DNA of 64,000 bases from Octopus vulgaris (Eukaryota), in contig OX597827.1 of NCBI GenBank assembly GCA_951406725.2, forward strand, positions 82,026,001 through 82,090,000. Reading direction: 5' to 3'. The notes below the pieces were generated by a model that was not told the origin of the DNA, ran no database searches, and saw only the letters and a list, made by a program, of their open reading frames with translations. This document shows positions 38,252 through 50,360 of this stretch, piece after piece. Position 1 is the first letter of the stretch. The number at the start of each line of letters is the position of its first letter. The translations under genes and the position numbers were made by a program.

Positions 38252-38361
38252 ACAATTTCCCTTCCCTTATAAAAATGAGGTATGACAGGGAATGATATTA
38301 GGATGTCGATGGGGGTGGGTGCTATTTATTTAAAAAAAAAATTAAAACAATGTTATACAAA

Positions 38362-38553
38362 ATATCATCATCATCATCATTATGATTATTATTATTATTA
38401 GCGATATCATTATTATTATTATCATTATCATCATTATTATTGTTGTTATTATTATTATCATCATTATCATCATTATTATTGTTATTATTATTATTATCAT
38501 TATCATCATTATTATTGTTATTATTATTATTATTATTATTATCATCGTTATTA

Positions 38554-38587
<34 letters not shown>

Positions 38588-38650
38588 CATTATCATCATT
38601 ATTATTATCATTATTATTATTAATGGTGCTGTTGTTGTTGTTGTTGTTAT
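38362..38650. repeat. (ATT/ATC)n trinucleotide microsatellite
   Basis: Direct reading; source of the poly-Ile and poly-Leu pseudo-ORFs. Confidence 0.9.
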
Positions 38651-40626
38651 CTTCTGCGTTATCAACGTTAAGTGTTTTTTTTTAATTGTTATTGTGTGTT
38701 TTTAAAGACCCTGCCTCCCTCTCTTGCAGCTCCCTTCTCTATGGAGAACAACCCTATTGCTTAATGCATGTAAACATGGCTGGCAATGTGTATAGGGGAG
38801 ACCTGAACAGGATCTACTATTTGTAAGGGGCCGTGAGGGGCTGCTAGAGGTTGTGTACGAGTAAAAGTGGGTGGGGCAGCAAAACCTCACCCTACACACA
38901 CACACTTTGTTTCTCTCACACATGCATATACACATACAAACAGGAGGTCATAGTCATGTATACATACATACACAATCATATCCACACACACATTCATATG
39001 CATACACAATCTTAAATCACATCACACACATATATACATGCAGTAAAGAATGTTGCTACACATGTACTTACACATACATATATGCACACATACACAGAAA
39101 TACACATTAAATTGAAAACACACAAGTGGCATACACAAATTCTCATAAAAACACATATATACACACATATACACTATTACACAACACATTCTAAACTAAA
39201 CGCCATATAATCATTCATATGCGCATAAACATACAACATGAATATATAGATGTGTGTGTGTGTGTACATACTACAAATACACACTACATAAACACATATA
39301 TACAACATACACAAACCAAATATACACGCAAACACTCACACACACACACATATACATACACACTACAAACATACCTAAACACCACACACACACACACACG
39401 CTTTAGCAACATATACCCGCAAAACCATTTATACCACACCAAACATAATATGGACACATGCTACAAACACATACACACACAATGTGGTGGATTTATTTGC
39501 CAAAAACAACAGGCAGACCCTCCTTTAGTAGCTTAAAAGTCTACACATCCATACAGTATGGGATGGTCATAAAGAAGTGCTCCATCAAGGACAACCTGGG
39601 GTTAAACAACAACACCAACAGTAACAACTTTACACACATGAAATGTAAGCATAATATATAAAAATGTTATGAAAGTATCAGCATACATTCCACACCCTAC
39701 ATTACACATCACACAATTGTTTCTATCTTCCCACAATAGAATGCTCTAAGCACAAACTACAATATTACACACAACATATTATAGTCATACTATATATTAT
39801 TCACACTACATAATATTCACCATACACACAACATATGCTGTACCACATACATTACACACTAGACACGAGGCACCAAGCACAACAAACAGGTCATACACTA
39901 TACAGGCACATTTAATGCAAATACTGCACAGAACACACCGTCTGCTGTGTTACACTGCACACACACCACACTCAACACAACACAAACCAAACCACACACA
40001 TTATACATAACATGCAAGCCCACAACACAGTCATAACAAACACACCACACTATATACGGCACACAGATGCACCACATACTACACGTTACACACAAACACA
40101 TAACGCATTACACAATGCCTACTACACACCATAAACTGCATTACATATCACACAACACAAACCGTACCACATACATTACACATCAGATATTACACAGAAA
40201 CATAATGCAGGGCAGAACACACAACACACAAGTCACACTAAACAACACACATAATGCGCTATGCACTACACACCAAACATCACACATCCCAGACTACACA
40301 CCTCGTACTATGTGCTACACACTACATACTGAACACTACACATCCCAAACACACCAGATGCTAACAACAGCCATATATCACATACACACACACACACCCA
40401 CTATACTATCAGATACGGACCAGCCTACACACTAAGCCCATGTCACACACCACTGTACAACCACCACACCCCACCCAACTCATCCACAATGCCCCCCACC
40501 CCCACGCCAATGTAAATCTCTGATAAATTTTAATGTAAAACTGAAATTTTTAAAATACAAAATTAAAATCAAAAATTTTTTTCTGATTTTTTTTTTCAGA
40601 AAATTTTGTGAGATGGAGGAGTGGGG

Positions 40627-40667
<41 letters not shown>

Positions 40668-41284
40668 AGACGAGGAGGGGAGGGGAGATTTGGGGAGGAG
40701 AGAGACAGAGTAGGAGAGGGAGAGAGAGAGGGGGGAGTGTTGAGGTGGAGTGTGTGGTTGATGGTAGTGCATGGCTGACCTTGTTTCTGTCAAGGGACAG
40801 TGATTTTCATGGTGGAGGGCAGAGGAGAGGAAGGTAGAACAGGGAGAGGAGGAGGAAGAGGGAGGGGAAGGGGAGGGGCTTGGAAATTAATGGATTAAAT
40901 TTAAAGACTGTTTGCTGACTTTCCTACTGTTTACACTCTTGGTTAACGCCACCCCAGCCTACCCCCCCCCCCCGCTTTCTGTTCCTTCCTTACAGTTTCC
41001 TTAAACATTCCCCTCCACCATCCTAACCGCTTCACTACAGACTGAGGTGGGTGGATGTGGAGCAGTATACAGACCCTTAAATATCTCCACAATCCTTTAC
41101 TGACGAAGAAGCCACTATCAGGTTACTTGACCGGCTAGAAATAGCAGCTAAACCTCCCTCAGCTCACATTGCTTCTGAAAATAACAGAATGACACAGACA
41201 AAGACAATGTAATAATACCAATGTGATGGTCATATTTGGAATGCCTGTGAACAAAAGATGAAGAGTGCTGGCCTGGAGTCAAAA

Positions 41285-41450
41285 ACTACCACCACCACCA
41301 CCACCACCATTGCCTCTACCACCACCACCACCACCACCACCACCACCACCACCACCATTGCCTCTACCATGTGATGCACCACCACCACCATTGCCTCTAC
41401 CACCACCACCACCACCACCACCACCACCATTGCCTCTACCATGTGATGCA
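41285..41450. repeat. (ACC)n-based minisatellite with a recurring attgcctct unit
   Basis: accaccaccattgcctctacc occurs four times, twice followed by atgtgatgca. Confidence 0.85.
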
Positions 41451-41791
41451 GGATGGTGCCATCACATTGCTTTTCTGGTTTGAGTTTGTGGTTTGCAAAC
41501 TGCACACACACACATCTATATATGTATGTGTATGTGTATGTATCTACATATACATAGATACACGTACATGGTGTGTGTGTGTGTGTGTGTGTCTGTGAGT
41601 GGCTGGAGAGTGAGTTAAGGGATGGTGGTGGTGGTGGTGGCGGCGGTGTGATGCGGGGTGGGGGGGGGAGCAGGAGAACAATGTCATCCTAGTTTATTGA
41701 TTTTTAAAATGTTAAGAGCTGTCAAGCTGAGGAGGAGGAAGAGGAGAGGGAAGAGGAGGTTGTGGTGGTGGTGACACATAACCTTCTGTAC

Positions 41792-41846
<55 letters not shown>

Positions 41847-43104
41847 TCCATCAGCATCACCACCACCATCATCAACATCATTTATATTGTCATTCCCTCT
41901 CTTGAATCACGGCAGTGGCAGTGGAGGGTGTGCTGGGGGGGGGGGGGGAAAGGAGTTGGTGGCTGTGAGAGGGATGATAAATTGGAGGTGGACAAGTGGT
42001 GTTGTTCACAGAGAGTAAGGGACGGGGTTCATGGGGATGATGATGATGTTAGAGCGGCTATTATCAACAATTGACCACATGGGTCGGTCAGTTTAACAAT
42101 GATGTCATTTTGGTGTTAAAGGTGACAAGACAAGGGCAACAAGTTCCAACCAGGAGATGGTCAGACGTCTTAAACAGTCCACCACATAGCAACACAAACT
42201 GGTCACCAGGCACTTTGCTCACCATATTTCTCTTGAAATATTGTTTTTGTTTTTTTTTTTGCTTTGTTTTTTTCTTGTTCCATTAAATTTTGAAAATAAT
42301 GAAGAATTGAGGAAAGTAACTTTTGCCATTAGTAAGCTGGTGATTGGGAGGCAAAGGGTCTGAGATCCTTTCAAGCGTTGGGCCTCGAGTGGAGACAATG
42401 ACCAAGACCTTTGGCATTATGTCGTGCTTGAGAAGAAGAGCCATCAAGCTGAGCAAAATTGCAATCATGGCAGATACCAGTGTCACGCAAATTGGCACCC
42501 CTGCATGTAAATGCACCCCAGTGTCATGCAAATGGCCCCTGTGCCAGTGACATGTAAACACACCCCAGTGTCATGTGAATAACGGTGGTATGTAAAAGCT
42601 CTATTACACTCATGGAGTGGTTGGCATTAGGAAGGGCATCCAGCCGTAGAAAACCATGCCAAATCAGACTGGAGTCTGGTGCAGCCTTCCAGTGTGCCAA
42701 CCCGGTCAAACTGTCCAATCCATGCCATGCCAGCATGGACAACAGACGCTAAATGATGAAATTTTCATGAAAGGTTTTAATTTAAATCAATTAAAAACAG
42801 GAAGTTTGTATCAAAGAACAGTGGATGGTCTGAGGCAGGCTGGGTTAAGACTCAGACTGCCCAGTCCAGGTGTCCAGTTGGATTGGCCTTAGTCATGGTC
42901 AAGGAAATAATCAGTTCTGTTGGAGTCAATCTGTTTGTTGTAAAAGAAAACACAACCCAGTTTGGTGCAGTACAGTGACCCTATTGGAGCAGTGTGGATG
43001 TGGAACTCACAAGTCTTCACCTCTCCCAATCGTTCACATTACACTAACCCTCCTCTCTCTCTAATTTCAGCTGCTGGAGTGGGTAGAGTGTGTGTGTATG
43101 TGAA

Positions 43105-43148
<44 letters not shown>

Positions 43149-43219
43149 GGTAGTAAACACATAAATGTGAAACAAGGTGGAAAAAAGAGAACTCAGATAC
43201 CAGTGGTAGAGTAATATGC

Positions 43220-43320
43220 TTTATTTAAAGCAGCAGAAAATTCAACAAAACCTGTTACTCTGAGTTTCACGTTGCCGTTAAATTTTGAATTTGTTGAATT
43301 TTCTGCTGCTTTAAATAAAG
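43220..43320. repeat. Inverted repeat, 31-bp arms
   Basis: ctttatttaaagcagcagaaaattcaacaaa / tttgttgaattttctgctgctttaaataaag. Confidence 0.85.
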
Positions 43321-43321
43321 T

Positions 43322-43376
<55 letters not shown>

Positions 43377-45744
43377 GCGTGTGTATCGTCGGCAATTTTT
43401 TTCCGCCGTCTTTCCTTCCTTGGATCTTACCCTTTCCTATATTTCTGATGAAGAGCTCCGCTTGAAACGTTAAACCCTCCTTCTTTCCTGAGCGTCCAAT
43501 AACACTATACTTGTTCCATGTCCTCGCGTTGTGTTTTCTCTTTGTGTTTTCATGTTTGGATTAACTATATATATATATATATATACACAAACACACACAC
43601 ATACACATATACATACGCTGACACATATTTACACACACACACATGCATGCATATATATATATACATACATATATATGCCCATCTCCATCAGTTTACATTC
43701 GCTTTCCATGCTGGCATGCGTAGGACAGTTCCACAAGATTTAACAGAATGGAAGACAAAATCCTGTTCCACTGTCTCATTTTCTAGCATGTTCTTTGCAG
43801 CTGGATGCTCTTCCTAACGCCAAACACTTTTACAGAATGTCCTGGATGTATTTTCTCCTGGCACCAGTACTACACAGGTTGCCTTGTCATCAGAAAGACT
43901 AAATAACTTTTGCAAACTCTGTGTCATCGATGCTGAAATCAATTATTAATCACTTGTTGAATGTATTGGGTGCTCCTTGTGATACTAGCACTGGTTGGTT
44001 GGGGGCAGGGACTCTTTGAGGTGCACAAGGTGAAAGGAGGCTGCCCCTGTAATGTATCAAACATATTTAGTGTGGTGACAAAATGTTAATGGGGAGAATA
44101 ACAGAGGGGAGGGTAATGGAGACAGAAGAGAAGGGGGAACAAAATGATAAAGGTGATAGTGTAGATTGAGGAGGAGGATCCAATGATGGGGTGGGTCAGA
44201 TCACCTAGCATGGGTTGGACAGTTTATAAGGGTCCAAATAGCTCTTATTGGAGTTACACAGTTTATTGTTAAGAGAGAGCAAAGATTAACAGTGTCAGGA
44301 TTAAGGAAGAGATAAGAGAAAGGAAAGTGAGAAGTAGTGTTAGGGGTTAGTGAGAGAGAGTTAGAAAGTGATAGGATGGTGGGACAAATGAGTTGGAGGA
44401 AATGCAGTGGTTTGTAGGTGAAGTGGTGTACGAAGGAAGGAGGGAAATGGAGAAGTGGTGTCAAGAGACTTGTGAAAGAGGAAATGAAGTTGCTGGGGGT
44501 GGGGGTCGAGTGGTGTGGAGGAGAGACAAGATGAGGAAAAGCTAGAACATGCCCCCGGGGTAACATGTTCAAGTGGGTAGGGTGACAGGAGAATCAGTGA
44601 GGGTAGGGAAAGGCGGCCAGGGTGTGATTTCTCCTCACAGAATAGGGAAATCTGAAGGTGGTGAGGGAAATATAGAGAAAGGGGGTACTCTATCTGTATG
44701 AAATGAGTATTCACTTCTCAGTTACGATTGGTTTAGTAGAGAGGGTATAGAAGAGACAGGAGAAAAGACAGGGCAGCGTATATGAGGGTATAAAAGGATC
44801 AATAGATAGGAAGTGCACAAAACAATAAGCAAAGGAGGGGGTCCATGCCTAAGCTTGTACAGAAGATTGAGTATTCCGTAGCATCACAGATCACCAATCA
44901 ACACAGTCTTCTATCATCTCCTTCATTAGAGTTAGGGTCTTGAGGGCATTTTTTGACCACCTCATTCCCAGTCTTTATTGGTCTTCTTCTTCTTCTTCAA
45001 CACTCTGAATGTTGAGTACCTGTTTGTGCAGTTGTCAGCCTCCAGTCACATCGTATTCCCATAGCAATATTATTATACTCCACATCTGATTCCTCTCAGA
45101 CTCACTTCATCTCTCAAGTCAGTCACACTTCATCATTCATGGACATCAATATGGCACATCCAGTGAAACAAAAACAGCCTCATTTCTTTCTAGTCTTTAC
45201 ATGTCTTCTATAACCAAGGCCCACATCTGCTGAGTAGTGCACTTCTAATGCAAGCATCATACAATCTGCCCTTGAATGAGCCCCTTGTTACCTGCATGGG
45301 TAATATCTCCTTGAACTTTCTCCAACCCGTTCTTATTACTATCAACTCTACCATTGCTAATTTAGTCCCCTAACTAGCAAAAACAATCAACTACTTATAG
45401 GGAGCTGTCTCAGCATTTCAGATAATCTATTTTCCAGGTACTCTTAGAATTTATTGTGCCGGTGCCCTGGGAGCAATAATCCTGTCTGTGGTCCCAAATA
45501 AACCCTTTGTGTGTCCATTGTTTACATTGGGCACAAACTCTAAGGGAGCCTGTATGTGGCAGCTGTTCATCATACTTTTGTAACTGTAAATCTAAGAGTA
45601 CAGGTGGGATGGCCATAGTTGGAATGTTTCTGATCATAGGTGTGCTCAATCAGGCTGATCTCAAGCTCAACAACAACAAGAACATTTAACTCAAACATAA
45701 AACAACAAATGTACAGCATAAAAAAAATACCCAGAAAACTCAGT

Positions 45745-45825
45745 CAATGACAGTGTCAAATCTGATTGGCTGCTTAAAAATCTGTGATGTGATTGGCTGA
45801 GGCAAATATGACAAGAACCAATGAA
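45745..45825. promoter_or_regulatory. Candidate cis-regulatory element with paired CCAAT (NF-Y-like) boxes and a TGACAG site
   Basis: tgattggctg occurs twice, 27 bp apart (about 45763 and 45790). A third ccaat lies at about 45818 and tgacag at about 45748, in a unique-sequence island. Confidence 0.35.
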
Positions 45826-46489
45826 ATAGAGGAGAAAAATTTTATAAATAAAGATTAAGAAATGGAAGAAAAATGAAAAAAAAATAAATAGCATAAACAT
45901 CAAAAAGACATCAGTAACAACAACAACAACAACAACAACAGAAAATAAACACAAGTAAACAAAACAAGATGATAAATCTGTTTTGTATTTTTTGCATTTT
46001 TTTCTGGAGAAAATTTCATTGTTCCTTGTTGCATCGTTAACAAACATTTAATTAAAAAAGGTCAGCCTGGTTATGACCCACACCACCTCTCCTACTACCA
46101 CTGCCACCACCACTGTCACTAAGTGATAACAGTTTTTTTGGTTTTTTCCATCTAATATTGACTTCACAACAAGGAACAGATCAACTGAGACACAAACCAA
46201 ACAATTGTTTCTCTCCAATTCACAGAATTCTGGAGATTTCCAGAGATTTTAGATTTTCAAATTAAATATTGTTTATCTCAGAGTCCTATATTCCACTGGT
46301 TATAGCCTTCTAGTGCTGTATTCGTTTCAGTCAACGCATTGTGGCCATGCTGGAGTAACGTGCTAAAGAGTTGGCTCATCTCCAGTAGTCATTCTTGGTC
46401 TTTCAATCTGTTTTTACCAAGCCACAAAGTTATAGGGACATAAACAAACCAGTATTGGTTGACAAGGGGTGGCGGGAACAAACACAAAT

Positions 46490-47720
46490 CATCATCATCA
46501 TCATCGTTTAACATCCATTTTCCATGCTAGCATGGATTGGACGGTTTGACTGGGGTCTGGGAAGCCAGGAGGCAGCACTAGGCTCCAATCTGATCTTGCA
46601 GAGTTTCTACAGCTGGATGCTCTTCCTAACACCAACCACTCTGTCAGCGTAGTGGGTGCTTTTTACATGCTGTCAGCATAGGGGCCAGAGGAGGCTGGCA
46701 ACAGACACAATTGGTTGGTGCTTTTTATGTGCCACTGACACAGAAGCCAGTCAAGGCGGCGCTGGCATCAGTCATGTTTGGATGGTGCTTTTAATGTTCC
46801 ACTGGCACAGGGATCACAACTACAATTTCCATTTGATTTTTATTTTGATGTCGATGTACTTGACTCAATAGGTCTCCTCAAGCACAGCAGGTCACCCTAC
46901 AATCCAAGGTAAGCACAGCAGGTTGCCCGACAATCTAAGGTACTTCTGAATGAGTTAGGGCTGGTTATGTGAAACTAGTGTAGGATACAGCCATAAACTC
47001 ACTATATTTGCCAGTCACAGCAGATCTATAGAGGCCTTGGTCTTTGGTCATTGCCTCTGTGAGGTCCAACGTTCGAAGGTCACGCTTGACCACCTCATCC
47101 CATGTCTTCCTGGGTCTACCTCTACCCCGTATTCCTTCAACTGTTTGGGAGTGGCACTTCTTCACTCATATTTCCTCATCCATCCGTAGTACATGACCAT
47201 ACCAGTGCAAACGTCTCTCTTGCATGCCACATCCGATGCTTCTTATGCCCAACATTTCTCTCAGGGTGCTTACACCGTGTCGTGTATGCACACTGACATT
47301 ACACATCCAGCAGATCATACTAGCTTCATTTCTTTTGAGCCTATGTATGTCCTCCTCAGTCACGGCCCATGTTTCACTGCTGTGATTCATAGCAGTTCGC
47401 ACACATGCATCATTCAATCTACCTTTCACTCTAAGTGTGAGACCCTTTGTCACCAGTAGGGGTAGAAGCTTTCTAAACTTTGCCCAGGCTATTCTTATTC
47501 TAGTGGTAACACTCTCTGAGCATCCACCCCCACAACTAATTTGGTCACCTTGGTAACAGAAGCTATCAACTATTTCTTGTTTCTCACTCTGGAGTGTGAT
47601 GGAATCTGTTTTCTGAGCATCTGTGGTGTTTACTACTCCTGTGCATCTACCACATATGAAAGCTATCTTCTCGGTTAATCTTTCTTTGATGTTGCTGCAC
47701 CTCTTATCTGTCCATAGCTT
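46490..47720 (-). mobile_element. RTE LINE 3' portion including 3' UTR and (GAT)n tail
   Basis: ORFs 47166-47453 and 46965-47165: ACVRTAMNHSSETWAV..RRLHWYGHVLRMDE..VEGIRGRGRPRKTWDEVVKRDL. Confidence 0.85.
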
Positions 47721-47840
47721 ACATTTCTCTTACAATAATACATTTCTCTATTTTTGAAACCAGTGAATGTATTTTCACTAGAATTCTTATATATTCACAA
47801 GAGCTAGATAGGCATCTCCAGCTAGCAGGTCATGCTACTG

Positions 47841-47879
47841 CAGACTGATGACAAGCAAAGACTCAGAAACTAGTCTCTG
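47841..47879 (+). ncRNA. Minimal hammerhead-like motif
   Basis: caga-CUGAUGA-caagcaaagactca-GAAAC-ta-GUC-tctg. Intact core, 4-bp stem I, palindromic actagt; stem II is poor. Confidence 0.45.
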
Positions 47880-48092
47880 ATGACAGGCTTAGCTGGGTGG
47901 AGGTGCTTATCTCCCCCTTGTAACAAACATAAGGACACAGGAAATGTGTCAAGGCCGACAGGAAGCGGTGCTGCTTCCTAGGGCTAAATAGCAGTAGTAT
48001 TATTTCCTTCATGGGACTGTCACATTAAGTTGACAGTATACAACTACTTTATCGTATCACTACTGCATATATCTCTCTGAGATATTTAGAAA

Positions 48093-48161
<69 letters not shown>

Positions 48162-48494
48162 CTATATATGATGTTCCGAGGTAACTTTAGGGGTTGATGG
48201 AACCATCAAAACAAAGATTTCAGCTGGGATGGGGGGGGGGAGGGCAATATGGACAACCCGTGGAAATGTCTAGCAGTGTTAGCATTGAAATTTTCAGTTT
48301 GGGGGAAGGTCTACAGGGACAGACACCAACTGCTGGCCTCCCCCACACACCACCACCACCACTAGTACCATCACCCCACCATCCACGACAGCTCCTGCTG
48401 CTCCTGCTACTACTACTACCACCACCACCACTACTACTAATACTACAACATTGGTTCTTTATATTTGCTTCTGGAGAATAGTTAATTCTATGGC

Positions 48495-48552
<58 letters not shown>

Positions 48553-49436
48553 GCTCACGCATGTTTTGCTTCTGTCAGTGCAAGTGAGAGGTGTTAATAG
48601 TTCCTCCCCACTCCCACCACCACCCCATTCCTCCTTAAATCCATGTGAAATTAATGAAGTAACACTGGTGACCTCCCCTGTCAGAGATTGGGGAAAGGTG
48701 ACTGGGGGGGGGGACACAGGGTATGTGTATTTGTGCGTGTGTATGTGTAATGGCAAAATGTCTATATATGTGTATTTGTATGTATATATAGATGCATGTA
48801 TGCAGATATATATGGATGTAGGTGTGTATAAGTGGATATATGTCTATATGTATGTATGGATGGATGTGTGTATGTACATATAGAAGTATGTATATAAAGA
48901 TATATATTTATATATGTATATATATGTATCTATGTGTGTGTAGCTGTGTATATAGGTATATATGATTATATGTATGTATGTATGTGTGTATAGCAGTGTA
49001 TGTATGCATATATGATTGTATGTATGTATGTGCGTATAGAAGTGCATGGATACATATATGTGTGTGTATGTGTGTGTGTGTATTAATCAAAGACAGGTGA
49101 CACAGCCATGAAGTGAAATAGTTGAGATAAAAGTAATTATGAAATAACAATACAGGATTGGAATCTGTAGCAATAAAATTATTTCTTACTGTGGGGACTG
49201 AAGTGTGAAAGTTAATCTAGAGTTATGGAGGAAAACAGGCTGACATACACACACACATATATATGCATACTTACATACATACACACATATATATATGTAT
49301 GTATGTACATACGTACACACATCATACATATATGTATGGATGAATGGATATATATATATATACACACACATGTATGTATGTACGTAAGTATGCATATAGA
49401 TAGATAGATATAAAAATTATATGAATAGATGATATC

Positions 49437-49519
<83 letters not shown>

Positions 49520-49869
49520 CTATGTATGTATTTATATAAAGAGAGAGGGAATCAGACTGATCGTTGGACAGACTTGCAGACAGATGTAAACATACCTTAC
49601 TAATCCTCTACTTATCAAACACACCCACCTGATAATTCCCCACCATCACCACCACAACAACACCATCTACAACTGCAAAGTTTTTCAATCCATCCAGGAC
49701 CATCTCCACCATCATTTACTAACTCACAAAACCACAGAACCTATTCCACTACATCACACAAATCTCTCAACCATTACCTCAAGTCCATGTCTCATGTCCA
49801 GCTCTCTGTTCTCTGCATAATTGTGAACTCCACATCCACACTCTCTCCCTCTCTCTCTGCCTCTATATA

Positions 49870-50360
49870 TATCATCATCATCGTTTAACGTCTGTTTTCC
49901 ATGCTGCCATGGGTTGGATGGTTCGACTGGGATCTGGGAAGCCAAGAGGCTGCACCAGGCCCCAATCTGATCTGGCAGTGTTTCTACAGCTGGATGCCCT
50001 TCCTAATGCCAACCACTCTGAGAGTGTAATGGGTGCTTTTTATGTGTCACTGGCACAGGGGCCAGAGGAGCTGGCATCGACCACATTCGGATGGTGCTTT
50101 TTATGTGCCACCAGCATGGAAGCCAGTGAAAGCGGCACTGGCATTGGCCACATTCGGATGGTGCTTTTTATGTGCTACTGGCACAGGTGCCAGAGGAGCT
50201 GGCATCGACCATGATCGATGGTGCTTTTTATGTGCCACCAGCATGGAAGCCAGTGAAAGCGGCACTGGCATTGGCCACATTCGGATGGTGCTTTTTATGT
50301 GCTACTGGCATGGGGCTCACAACTACAATTTCCATTTGATTTGATTTTGATATTGCTGAT
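49870..50360 (-). mobile_element. Isolated 3' UTR of the same RTE family, with internal ~65-bp tandem units
   Basis: Matches 46490-46860. Related copies at about 42340-42760, 56300-56600 and 58600-58790. Confidence 0.7.

Noticed and set aside
41100-41152. CUGACGA...GAAA hammerhead-like match
   Set aside because: There is no valid NUH cleavage triplet with stem III. The gctagaaatagcag word is a common repeat in the window.
50025-50315. CRISPR-like repeat-spacer pattern
   Set aside because: The spacers are related to each other, the array is part of a LINE 3' UTR, the context is eukaryotic and no cas genes are present.
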